A stretch of DNA of 64,000 bases from Azolla caroliniana (Eukaryota > Plantae > Polypodiophyta): contig JBHGNT010000013.1 in assembly GCA_043228905.1 (NCBI GenBank), positions 10,168,001-10,232,000 of the forward strand, given 5' to 3'. Positions 33,436-47,869 of the stretch are shown one piece after another. Each line of letters opens with the position of its first letter. The stretch's first letter is position 1. A program made the translations under genes and the position numbers. A model generated the notes under the pieces. The model was given only the letters and a program-made list of their open reading frames with translations. It was not told where the DNA came from and did not search any database.

Positions 33436-36400
33436 TTGTCTCGAGATTTGTACACCTCCCTTAGTACTAATCCTCATCTTTTAGTACTAATTCCTTCTCT
33501 GTCTTAGTATTGTTCCTGACAATACTTCTCTGTCTTAGTACTGTTCCTGACAGCTTGAACCAATTTTGGTCTCCTTCCTTCTCTTCCTTTATCTTCTTAC
33601 TTCTTCCTCACTTCATACTAATCTCTTATTCCTGTTTTCTCTCATATTATGTCCACTTTTAGCGCTCAAGAATATCAATCCGTTTTTTCGGAGTTGGAAT
33701 GCGTGAAAGAGAAGTTTCTTGCATTGGAACAAGAAAATCAATGACTATTGGGGGAGCTTCAACAAATCTCCTTAGAGAAGCAGCAGACGCAACAACAACA
33801 TGGGGAACTAGCATTACGTGAGCAACAACTCAAATCAACCATAGTCGTGATGCAACAATAAGGATCCAGTATGCAAGGGGTTCATAAAGAATCCAAGATC
33901 GGCCTTCCCATGAAACTCGATGGAACGCAATCGCAGTTTAGAGGATTCCTTAATCAGGTACGATTAGTCATTCAAATGCATCCTTCCCGATATCCCACCG
34001 ATGCATCACGAGTGGGTTTAGTAGGCACATTGTTAAATGGCTTAGCTTTGTCATGGTTCGCTCCGTTGTTAGAAAAGGAATCTCCTTTACTAAACAATTT
34101 TGAAGAGTTTTTAAGTGAGTTTAAAAGCCTGTTTTGGAGATACTGACAACATAAGGACATCAATCAACAAAATCTGACGATTACGTCAAGGTGATCGTTC
34201 AGCCTCCGCATACGCTGCAAATTTCCGCCTTGTCGCCTCCGATATCCCCTGGCATGACCAAGCACTTATGGAGCAATTTCGTTATGGTCTACGCAACGAT
34301 ATGTTATCTTTCCATTCCAATAATCTTTCTTCAATTGCAATTCTTGTTAGCTGTCAGGATTAGTATTGAAACAGAGACGAAATTAGTACTAAGAGAGAAA
34401 TATTAGTAACGATGTCAAGGATCTACTCTTGACCTTGCCCGAAGAACCAAAGTCATTGATAGAAACAATCAATCGCGCGGTGAGATGCGACAACCGTCTT
34501 TTCGAACAACGTTCAGAACGTCAATTCCAGATGCCAAGGGCAAGATCAGAGCCCACCTACGCCTCAATGGTAGTAAAACCTTTTCCAAGGGAGTCATATA
34601 ATGTGTCTCCAGTGAATACTCCAACTCCGATGAAATTTGACACTACACGTCGTCATGGACCATTATCGGAAGAAGAAATGCAGCGACACCGAGCAAAACA
34701 ACTATGTTTTTATTGCAGTGGACCAAGGCATATTGCAGTGAACTATCCCCATAGTCCAAGAAGACAGGTGAACCAAATAGTTGCTAGTTCTAATTGTACT
34801 AAACCCGAGCCTATTTCAGTAGGAATATCTGATAATGCTAATAGTGCTAATAGCCCAAATCTATCGAACAAATTTGATGTCCTTAGTCAGTTAGAAGAAG
34901 AGTTAAACGACTAAGTCCAGCCAAAATAGGAGCTGTTTGGTTGGACAACCCTAGATCTGTGCAGCCCATTAGTGGTTCCATTCCCTCTAAGCAAGTTAGC
35001 ATTGTATTCTTAGCCCAAGTAACAGTTAGTACTAAAAGTACCTCTCCAGTACATGTCTCAGCACTCCTAGATTCCAGAGCTAATTCGTGCTTCATGGATA
35101 GGAATTTTTCCCAAGCTCATCAGATATCCCTAAGTAAACTCCCATGTCTAGCCTCTATAGTAGTCATTGATGGTCGTCCCATTGCTTCCGGAAATATCGT
35201 AGAAGAGTTAGAGCCCGTTAATATTGTCCTAGATAATTTAGCGTGTGTAGTATCCTTTAATATAATTAGTATCCCAGAACATCCTGTTATGTAGACGTAG
35301 CACATCCCATTGTTTTGGGATTACCATGGTTCGAATTACATAACCCAGACATAGATTGGAGAACAAGAGAAATCTGGTATCGACAAACCCGAGGATCTAC
35401 TCATAAGATTGCAGCCATTTCGCTACATCAGTTGCATGAGGAAGGACACAAGGAAGAAATGTTTCTCTTCCTAGTATTAGTAAAACTCTCCAACACCACT
35501 AAAGAGGAGACCATTGTTCAACTTCCAAAGAAGTATCGTCATTATGCTGATGTGTTCAATAAAGTACAAGCCAATACACTTCCTCACCATCGACCGTATG
35601 ATTTCCCCATCGATTTACAACTAGGAAAAGAGCCACCATGGGGATCGATCTACAATTTGTCACCAACCGATCTAGAAGTCCTTCGAACCTATATAGAGGA
35701 GAATTTGGCAAATGGTTTCATTCGACATTCGAAATCTCCAGCCAGCACACCCATTTTCTTTGTCAAGAAAAAGGATGGATCACTTCATCTCGCCGTAGAT
35801 TATCGTGGCTTGAATAAGGTCACCATCAGGAATAGGTGCGCACGTCCCCTTATCTCAAGTCTTTTAGAATGGATCAATGGTGCAAGGTTCTTCACAAAGA
35901 TTGACTTACGAGGAGCATATAACCTCATACGGATCTGTCCAGTGGATGAATGGAAGACCACGTTTCGCACAAGATATGGGCACTTCGAGTATACGTTCAT
36001 GCCATTCGGCCTCACTAATGCGCTAGCAGTCTTCCAGCACATGGCAAAATATATATTCAGAGATCTCTTGGATGTTTTTTTTATCATCTATTTGGATGAT
36101 CTACTGGTTTATTCGAAGACCCAAGAAGAGCATGATTCTCATGTACTATTAGTACTAAAACGATTTCGAGAACATGGTCTTTATGCAAAGCTAGAAAAAT
36201 GTAGTTTCGAGTGCAACCAGGTAGAATTTTTGGGCTATGTCATTTCCTCGGAAGGTATCTCCATGGATCCATCTAAGGTCAAAACGGTGGTAGAGTGGTA
36301 GACTCCGCGTTCGTTGTGAGATGTGCAATGCTTTTTAGGCTTTGCCAATTTCTACCACAAGTTTATACAGGATTACTCAAAGCTTGTTCTGCCTCTCACA

Positions 36401-38976
36401 TAGCTCACCAAAAAGGGACAATCGTTCGTTTCATTTGAAGAAGCAGACATGGCTTTTGAGAGTCTTAAGAAGGCATTTACATAAGCTCCTATTTTGGCTC
36501 ATGTTGATCCGGAAAAACCATTCATCATTGAAGCAGATGCGTTGGATTTCACATAAAGTAGCATTCTGTCACAACAAGGCGATGATAAAAAGCTCCATGT
36601 TGTGGTTTTCGACTCACGCAAGTTTGACGCCGCCGAAATCAACTATGAAATTCATGATAAGGAGCTATTAGCAATAGTGGAATCTTTTACACAATGGAGG
36701 CATTTTCTAGAGGGATCTTCTCATCAAGTTAGCGTATTCAGTGATCACAAAAACCTTGCCTACTTTCAGAATGGTCGTGTGTTAAATCGACGTCAAGCTC
36801 GGTGGGCCCAACGCCTCACGTGTTTCGACTTCAAAATTACATATCATCCAGGGAAGCAACAAGGGAAGGCAGATCCATTATCATGGCACTCATATCTAGC
36901 ACTACGTCCTAGCAAGCCAAGTTTCGATAACCAAAAGTAAGTAATCCTGGAACCAGCACGACTCAAAGCAACGCAGGTCTTCGGTATGCCCTTGGATTCC
37001 CATGTTATCGATACCATACGTGAGGACTTGAAGACTGATGCTTTCGCCCAAGCCATTCTAGCACAAATTGATCCCTCTCGAGCATCTTGTTCACAGTCGC
37101 CACAACCAGGTACGGACTATCGACAATTCGAATGTCATGATGGATTACTATTCTTTAAGAAATGCTTGTATTGTTCCTAATGGTTATTGTCGCCTTCGAG
37201 TGGTCCAAAACTATCATGACACATATACAGTTGGGCATTTTGGTAGTACTAAAACAGTAGATTTAGTACAAAGATCATTTTGGTGGCCCCATATGCGACA
37301 ATTTGTCGAAGATTTTGTTCGGACTTGTGATACATGTTGCAGAGCAAAAATGCCAAGGCATCATCCATATGGTTTATTAGAACCATTACCACTTCCAAGT
37401 AAGTCGTGGCAATCCATTGCTCTAGATTTCATCACAGATCTTCTGATCTCTAAAGGATTCAATGCGATCTAAACAGTAGTAGATCGATATACGAAGATGG
37501 CCCATTTCCTGCCATGTACTAAGGAAATCTCTAGTGAGGAAACCGTCGAAACTGTCATGCGTGAAGTATGTCGGCATCATGGCCCTCCCAATAGTATCAT
37601 CAGCGACTGTGGACCCCAGTTCGTCTCGAAATTCTGGAAGCACCTCTTTAAAATACTCAAGGTCACTTGTAACCTCTCCTCCGGCTACCACTTGCAAATA
37701 GACGGCCAAGCAGAATGAACAAATCAAATGCTGGAGCAGTATCTTCGGTGCTTTCTAAGCTATCATCAAGATGACTAGGCGGATATTGTCCACTTCGCCG
37801 AATTTGCGTATAATAAGTCTGTCCACTCATCGACAAAGGTTACACCATTTTATGCTTATACGGTTTGTCACCCCCGGTGTTGTGTATTTGAAACCCTAGA
37901 GTTACCCACAAATCCTTGCGCAGAGGATCGTTTGGAGTGGTTATGCAAGATATAAGTGGATTTATCTACTCATCTACATCAAGCTCAACAAACACACAAG
38001 GTTTACGCGGATCGTCATAGGCTTCCATCTAGATTTAACATTGGAGATCGGGTATGGCTACTATGATGACACACCAAGACTAGTCGCCCATGCGAGAAGT
38101 TGGATTATCGGCAATTAGGTCATTTCTGTATTATCGGAAAAGTTAATGATGTCGCTTTTCGTCTCGATCTACCTCCACAACTTCGGATACATCCGGTGTT
38201 TCATAGTTCTCTCCTCGAACCCTATCAAGACAACACCATCCTAGGCCGTATTAAATAACCTCCACCCCCGATCGAACTTGAAGACGGACCTGAGTATGAG
38301 GTTGCCGCCATCCTCGATTCCAAGATTGTTCGCAACAAGCTTTACTATTTAGTTGATTGGCTAGGATATAGTTCCAACGAGCGTACTTGGGAACCAATAG
38401 AGAATGTGACCAATGCTCGTGCTCTTCTTGAAGACTTCCATCGTCAATATCCAGAGAAACCGGGTCCTCAATCCAAAACGACTCGTGACACTCGTTGTTT
38501 TAAAAGAAAGATAGTGTCTTGTTATGGCAAGACTCAAACCCATGACCTTATATTACATGGGTCGAGCTCTTGACCATTAGACTATATGTTGTAATATGAA
38601 GAATATTATTTTCAGTTAAGTTTTACTATAGAAAATTGATGTATATTCTAGATTTCTTTGGAACATTCTAGAAACTTCAGGAGTACTCCTAAGAACACTA
38701 TAAAAGGAGGCACAAGGCATTATTTCGAACTAAATCGGTTTAACGCCAATCTTAAGCCTCCTAGCTACTATTGTATATTCTCTTAACATAATATATATCT
38801 TTAGTTATCATCATTCTCTCTCTCTCTCGCTCTCGATCTCTCTCTCTCTCACTCTTTCTTTCTCTCGAGAGTTCTACACCTCCATTAGTACTAATCCTCA
38901 TCTTTTAGTACTAATTCCTTCTCTGTCTTAGTACTGTTCCTGATAGTACTTCTCTATCTTAGTACTGTTCTTGACA
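33083..38976 (+). mobile_element. Degenerate Ty3/gypsy chromovirus (Tcn1-like), complete structure
   Basis: LTRs 33083-33552 and 38515-38976. TSD ATAAG. PPT aaaagaaagatag. Fragments of gag, PR LLDSRAN, RT YLDD (35315-36301), RH, INT and chromodomain (EYEVAAILDSK..YLVDWLGY..RTWEP). Many stops. Confidence 0.92.
33090..33158 (-). promoter_or_regulatory. tRNA-like A-box/B-box cassette in the LTR U3 (antisense to the element); second copy at ~38522-38590
   Basis: Minus strand reads tagtctaatggtcaagagc...aaggtcatgggttccaatcttgcc (3' LTR copy: gggtttgagtcttgcc). Confidence 0.5.
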
Positions 38977-39324
38977 ATAAGGTTTTGTAGTTTAATGCAA
39001 CATATGGAGTATAATGTGTGATGTGTGAGCCTCCACATTTTTCATATCTCCTAATACATTAACATGGAAAAAAGGCACACAAATCTTTTTTCTTTTTTCT
39101 TTTTTGTCCAAAAATCTATGGATGTGCGTGTTGTATGTGTTGTATCCTATCTTCCGAACCATTTTTCCATATCAACTTACATCCCACCATAACACAAAAA
39201 TTTGTTTTATATTTCGTGTGGATTTGTTATTGTTTTAGGAAGTCGATGTGAGGGATTTTTTTGAACCTCAAACATGTATTCAAATTTCAATAAATCTTAT
39301 TGAAGACGATTTGAATGGGACATG

Positions 39325-39327
<3 letters not shown>

Positions 39328-39375
<48 letters not shown>

Positions 39376-39742
39376 AAGCTAAGCTTAGTGGTTTATTATA
39401 GAACAAAACGAAGAACTTTATCTTGTGTGAACGATTATGCGAATCCATATTGAGGGTTAGAGTGATTGATTGATCGATTTTGAAACAATATTCTCGATTA
39501 ACCTCGGGAGAAACAACAACGCGGCACGCAACGATTGTGAGCGAGCATATTCGTATTAAAGCAGAATATTGTGTCATGTGAACCGAAAGAGTGCACTACT
39601 TTTCTTAGATGATGATGATGGTGATGATGATACGATGATGGCTTTATATCGATCTCGAGGAATTAGGAAAAGATGTTGAAAGGGATGGATGGCTTTATGT
39701 GTATATGTGTGTGAGAGAGAGAGAGAGGGAGAGAGAGAGAGA

Positions 39743-39775
<33 letters not shown>

Positions 39776-39777
39776 AG

Positions 39778-39823
<46 letters not shown>
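39328..39823. repeat. (AG)n microsatellite cluster
   Basis: AG runs at ~39328-39372 and ~39713-39823. Confidence 0.9.
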
Positions 39824-39826
<3 letters not shown>

Positions 39827-40383
39827 TCATTGGAAACGTATTGAGATCTAAGTGATGATAATAAGAAAAAGCAAAGTAAGTACATACTAAGGGAAGCGGT
39901 TTGAAGGAGGAAGAAGAGCAGATGCATATACACTACATATTCAGAGACATACATTCATTCATATATATATATATATATATATATAATCTAAATCTCTTAA
40001 TGAATGGATGGATGTTAACTTCTTCTTCTTCTTCTAGTGATGGCAAAATAGTCCCCCAAATGGCGACAACGCCAACTCATCCCCCTCACACACACGAACG
40101 AGCGGCACGTTCCATTTGCTGGTCCACACGTGCGCCTTCCCACAAAACGACAAAACAAACCACCCCCCCCTCCCAAAAAAAAAAAAAAAGCTAATGCTCC
40201 CTTACGTCAGGAAAATGGCGAGCGCCGCCCATCGCAGTTGCGGAACGGAATGGCGGCGCGGCGCGGCGGGGCGGGCGGCGCTATTTCCTTCTTCTTACAT
40301 ACATAATCCTATATATATATATATATCATCCTCATATAATGGCGGTGGCGGAGGATCAATCCATCCATTCCATTCCATCATGA

Positions 40384-41658
<1,275 letters not shown>

Positions 41659-41783
41659 CTATGGAACTTCAAACCTCAGAGAGAGAGAGAGAGGTTTGAG
41701 ATCGACACAAACACCCAGCACAGTAACTACACTACTGAGATCTTAGTGCTTATTCAATCAATCAGAAAAGGTGAAGGAGAAGC

Positions 41784-41817
<34 letters not shown>

Positions 41818-42239
41818 CGCTCCATTGATTCTCAATATATGATTATTATTATTATTTGCGTAGTGCGCCTTTCGTTACTACTAGTACTTACAATATATAT
41901 ATAGAGATATAGATATAGATATGTATTATATAGATAGCTATATGTATATGTTTATATGTCCATGGAGTCTAGTAGTAGTAAGAGATCTAATATGTAATGA
42001 AGAACATGATGTTTGCTCACTTTGTTGTTTATTACCATAATCTATCCCACTTCTTCCTATGCATTGAGATTAGCTAGGCATTTCAATCTATACATGACCA
42101 CAAGGTTGCACCATAGAACTCTAACCAAGATAGAATTTTCTTTGCACTGGATTTGCCTCATCACTTGAGGTCGTCAATGTTAAATCTAGGTGAAGCGAAA
42201 CCTTATTTAGGGGGGAATCTTCGCATTTCTCCTAACAAT

Positions 42240-45200
42240 TGTAAAAGAATAGCGTGTGTGGAAGCATAATAGACACAACCGTGTAACACAGATGACGAAG
42301 AGAAGGTTTAATGGAAAGCTTTGAACATGACACAACGTATGCAGGAGAGACAGAGAATGAGAGAGAGAGAGAGAGAGAGCAAAACACACAAAAAACTTAC
42401 ATTAAAAAATAACTCTCATACAAGATGCGCTCAATCGGCGCTTTTTATACAAGTCCTTATGGACAGACAGAAGTACTGTCAGAGTACTGACACATACTTC
42501 AATGCTCATTAATGAGCCTCCTACACTAACTCCCAAAATTATTCCTTACGAGGAATAACACTCTAACGGCCTCTTGGCTTACGCACCGTTACGGCCTTTG
42601 CGCGTACGGTTTTACGCACCCAGTCTACGCACTGGGTTACGCACCCATTTACGAACCCAATGTTGAGATTGTATCTCAACACTCCCCCTCAAGCTCAACT
42701 TGAGGTTTCGCTTGCTCTTCCGGGTCTTCACTCCGGCTTCTCTTGGCTTTACGCCTCGCACACGCTCCTCGACCCGTTCGATTCCACGCGCCTCGACCCT
42801 TCCGGTCGGCTTGTGTGCTTGTGTGCTTGTGTGGCCCTTCTCAACTCCCTTGCTGTCGTGGTGTTGGCGCTTCTTTCGCTACCCTTTCCTCCACTAGGCC
42901 CTCAATTGATTCGGCATGTCCAAATCGAACATTTCGATTGAATCAGTCACTTCTGATTCATTTCCGCTTACGTACGAATTCGTTGTCTCCAATTCGTCTT
43001 CAGTCTTTACGCCTTTCACAATGTGAGATCATGTCTTGGTCTTGGCCTTATTGCCCCCTTTTTCAGCTGTCTTCGGCTCTTCCATGCAGTTACGACCCTT
43101 GTACTCATCTTCGGCTTCTTCAGCTGACCCAAAATCGAATTCTTCATCCGACTCGGCATCGCGGTGATCAGTTCCGTCGCGTTGATCAGTTCCGCTCCTT
43201 TCAAGCTCACGCTCCTGTTCTTGTCTCCCCCTCAAGTTCGGCGTGTCGAGGTGGCACAACCCAAGCACATCCGAGAATTGCCGCAACTTGTCGAGACCAA
43301 GTGGTTTGGTGAATACGTCGGCAATTTGCCGACCTGTCGGAACATATGCTAGTTTGACTTCACCGGAGAGGACACGCTCACAGACAAAATGGTGATGCAC
43401 CTTAATGTGCTTGGTCCGAGCGTGAAATATGGGGTTTTTCACAAGTTGGATGTTGCTAAGGTTGTCGCAATATATCGTCGTCGGAGCGAACACCTCCACA
43501 TGCAGATCTCGTAATAACCGTTTAGCCAAATGACTTCACATGTAGCGACAACCGCCCCTCGATATTCGACTTCCGTGCTCGACATTGCTACTATTGGCTA
43601 CTTTTTACTGCTCCACGCGATCGTCGGACGTCCCATTGAGAATGCCTATCCAGATATCTTTAGTGCCCGATACAACAACGCCATGTCTTTAGTATTGTTG
43701 ACATATCGCAGTATCCTTTGCGCGTACTGAAAAGTGTTCAGTCGTGGGTTGTGACATAAATTGAATGATCAGGCCGATTGGGTGGTTGAGATCCGGCCGA
43801 GTGATCGTTAAATAGATTAGGCTTCGGACAATCTGTCGGAACCGTGTCGGGTCGCATGCCTTTCCCGAATCTCGGCGAAGCTTGACGTTTCTATCCCGAG
43901 GGGTCGAGATGGGCGTACAATCTACCATCCCGAAGTTGAAGAGCATATTCAACACGTAATGACGTTGGCTGATCAATATGCCTTCGGGGTTGCGGATCAC
44001 TTCGATCCCAAGGAAGTAATGAAGGTCTCCAAGGTCCTTCATGTCAAATGATGTCGCAAGCTGAGACTTTACGCGGCGAATTTCATCCAGGTCACCAGCG
44101 ATGACTAAATCATCAACATAAAGTAAAAGACAAACCAGTCCATGTTGACCTTGCCGAACGAACAATGAAGAGTCCATCTTCGATGGCGCAAACCCCATCG
44201 CACGCAACCGTTGCGTAATCTTTGCATTCCAAGCTCGCAGATCTTGCTTAAGTCCGTATAACGATTTCTTCAATTGGCACATTGCCGAAGTGTTCTATTC
44301 GGATAAGAATCCGGGGGGTTGTACCATGTACACCTGCTCCTCAAGGTCACCTTGCAGGAACACATTCTTCACATCCATATTGATGTAGATACCACCCCTT
44401 CGCCACTGCTACGGCTAGCAGAACACGCACAATCGTCATCGTCGTGACTGGCACAAAGGTCTCGTTGTAATCCACGCCATGCTTCTCCGCATAGCCTTTC
44501 ACCACTAATCGGGCCTTGTAGCAGTTGATAGAGTCGTCGGTGTTATACTTGACCTTATATACCCATCTACATCCGATCGGCTTCACACCCTTCGGTGCGT
44601 CGACCAGGTCCCAAGTCTCGTTGTCCGATAATGTGCACATCTCTTCCTCCATCGTGGCAACGCCAGTTTGCGTCTTTCGCCACGTCTTCGTATCTCTCCG
44701 GTTCACGCACTTCCACCACTCACATCATGTACGCATAATGGTGTGCCATGTATTTATTATACGTGTATCTCTTTACAGGGTTCTTTAGGCGGGTAGATCG
44801 GCGTAATTCGTGATTAGCCAATTTTGCGGCCCTCTCGGTCGACATCAGCCTCTTCCGTGGAGTTTCCTTTTCGATTGGCCCGAAGTCAAATTCGCTCCGT
44901 TCTGATTTGGCACTGCCGAACTCGTACTCCGACATCTTCTTCTTCCCCTTCTCTCTACACATAAACCGTCTCCTTGGTTCCTTACGTGGGGACAAGACGG
45001 AACTACTCGCCGACTGTTCACACGGTTGACCATCTCGGCTCAACCCCTCACAACCCCTCACTCGACCCACTTAGCCAAAATGAGATCAGACTCCCTCCCA
45101 GAGCTCCGATTTCCTTATTGCATGAAGGCATCTCAGCCTCACTGACCTCTTCTTCAGAATTCGGAGTGGAGTCATTGGGTACTAGGGGCAAAGACAAGTA

Positions 45201-47403
45201 CCACGAAGCGGACTCGTCAAACACAAAATCTAGACTTACGCGATCTTGTTTGGTTCGGGGGTTATAGCACTTATAACCCTTTTGTTCGTCCGAGTAGCCA
45301 ACCAAGATACACTTCTCGGCTTTGGCATCCAACTTCCTCCATTTCTCCTTCGGCACATGCACATACGCGATGCTACCGGAAACTCTTAAGTGTGCTAAGT
45401 TCAACTTCTTGCCGAAGTACAACTCATGTGGCGACACTCCTCCATTGGCAGAAGTCCGATTTTGCAAGTAAACAACCGTCCTTACGGCTTCAACCCAATA
45501 GAACTTTGGTAGATGCTTCTCTTCAAGCATCGCCCTTGCCACCTCTTCGATTGTCCGATTCTTCTGCTCGGCCATGCCGTTCTACTATGGCGTGTATCTA
45601 CACGAGAATTCGTGTCGAATTCCCTCCTTCTGTAGATAACTCGTGAATTGGTTGGAGAAGTACTCCTTCCCGCCATCGGACCGTAGGCACTTGATCTTAC
45701 ACCCAGTTTCCCTTTCCGCAAGGCTTTTTACCTTCAACAAACATGTGAAGACTTCACTCTTTTTCGTAGTCAAGCATGCCCAAGTGTGCCGAGAGAAGTC
45801 ATCGATGAAAGTCACAAAATATCGGCTTCCACCGAGACTCACATTCTGTGATGGTCCCCATACATCCGAATGGATCACATCGAGTGTATTTCGACTCCGG
45901 TTACGCTCATTGGGGAATGGAAGTCGGTGATGCTTTCCCAACTTGCAAGCTTTGCAGACTTGGCCCTTTTGGCCACTGAATTTCGGCAAGCCGAAAACAA
46001 TGTTCTTCGTCTGCATTTCTCAAAGCTTTGGGAAGTTGACATGGCTGAACCGCTTGTGCGACAAGTCGATATTTGATTCGACATTTTGTCCTTTCGCGAA
46101 CATAGCGGTGCCTACGTCGTTGGTCTCTAGGATAAACATCCTCCCTTCACGGCGCCCTCGCGCGATTATCTTGCCTTCCTCTTCTATGAAGCACCCGAGA
46201 TGCGTGAATCGAACTTGCATCCCCTGGTCAACGATCTGGCCAACCGACACCATGTTCTTGGTTATTTTCGGGACGGGTAGCACATTCATGAGCTTCCCTT
46301 TTTGTCCAACGTGACTAAGGGGAACTTCACCGACATGTTTGATGGTATGCGGAGTGTCGTCTCTAGTTTCGACCACTCCTTGTTTTTCCGGTCTCTCCAG
46401 GTACGAGAACCATTCCTCGTGACTCGTCATATGATTTGATGCTCTGGAGTCAACATACCACATCTCGTCTGCTCTAGAGGTGTTCACGGCCATCAAATTA
46501 GCCTTTTGCTTCATTACGAAGGCTAGGCCTGATCCATTTCCAACTCATTCGGAGCCTTCCGCGTAGTGCGACCTTTGACGCCTCTCTACGTCTCTTCGGC
46601 TCGATCCAGCTTTGTCAGAATCGGCTCATTTCTTCCAGCACTCACTCTCCCTATAATGGCCTTTCTTGCCACAATACCAGAAATCCATCGCGGCCTTCTC
46701 TTGTCAGTTTCCGGCGCCGCCATGACTCCCCCTGCTTCTGGCATTTTGATTATGCCGCACATTTTGCTCTTTTCGGCCGCCTCCATTGCGCGCCGATCCG
46801 CCACGTCCGCCACGACCACGGGGCCTATCTTCCTCCATGTACAACATTTTGTTGTCGGCGTGCATACTCGTTAACGCACCCGTGTGATTTTCCTCTACGA
46901 GCTACATTGATTGAAACTTGAAGAACGATGGCGTATTCTCCCTTGTACAGACGTTGTTTGGAAAGCTCCAAACTTAGACGCTATCCCTCCAAGGCACACC
47001 TGCACCATTTCATTTTCTTGACGTTCATGTTGACGGATGTGAGAGAGTCACAGATTTCCTTGATTCAGGCCGTGTATGCAGGAGAGACAGAGATTGAGAG
47101 AGAGTGTGAGCAGAAGACACAAAAACTTAGATTAAAAAATAACTCTCAGTCACTCTATACAAGATGAGCTCAATCGATGCTTTTTATACAAGTCCTTATG
47201 GACAAACAGAAGTACATACTTCAATGCTCATTAATGAGCCTCCTACACTAACTCTCAAAATTATTCCTTACGAGGAATAACACTCTAAGGGCCTCTCGGC
47301 TTACACACCGTTACGGCCTTTGGGCGTACGGTTTTACGAACCCAGTCTACGCACTGGATTACGCACCCGTTTACGCACCCAATGTTGACCTTGTATCTCA
47401 ACA
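42240..47403 (-). mobile_element. Degenerate Ty1/copia element
   Basis: 3' LTR 42240-42681 with PPT (ctccccct). Partial 5' LTR ~47072-47403; PBS and gag start deleted. PR WYVDSRASNHM, INT HSDVWGP/LRSDGG, RT LYVDD, RH TKHIKVHHHF. Frameshifted. Confidence 0.9.
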
Positions 47404-47618
47404 ACACCACTTAGTACATAAACAAAAGACATCCTATTGATACACTAAGAAATATGAGAAAACTCCAGAGCACCATCCCAACAACAAAGATGTTGATAAA
47501 GAAGGCTTTCGATCGATCGAATTCAGTATCGTCTATGTGGAAAGCTTCTGAACTGGTGAGGAATCTTTGAGAAATTACTAGCTTGTGGAAAAGAAGAAAA
47601 TATGGCGTTCATGATGCT

Positions 47619-47634
47619 CCCATCGGGCGTGCCA
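47619..47634 (+). other. tRNA-3'-end-like motif before a third LTR start (copy 3)
   Basis: cccatcgggcgtgcca, then tg, then TGTTGG at 47637: the same 2-nt spacing as 27740-27743. Confidence 0.6.
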
Positions 47635-47869
47635 TGTGTTGGTCGACCCTTAGGATAACTATACGAAAGATTATGTAAATGACTAAAACGTCTTAGGTTA
47701 TCAATGTAAAGAGGAAAAAGATGTGCATTTTTGGTATTAATACTAGCATAAATGTTTTTGTAAGGCTCATTCATGAGCTCCTAAGGAAGTAAAGAGGATG
47801 ACAAAAGATTATGTAAATGAGATCGAAGGAAAAGCGAAGGAGAGTGAGGAGACTTAGAGGAGATCAGCG

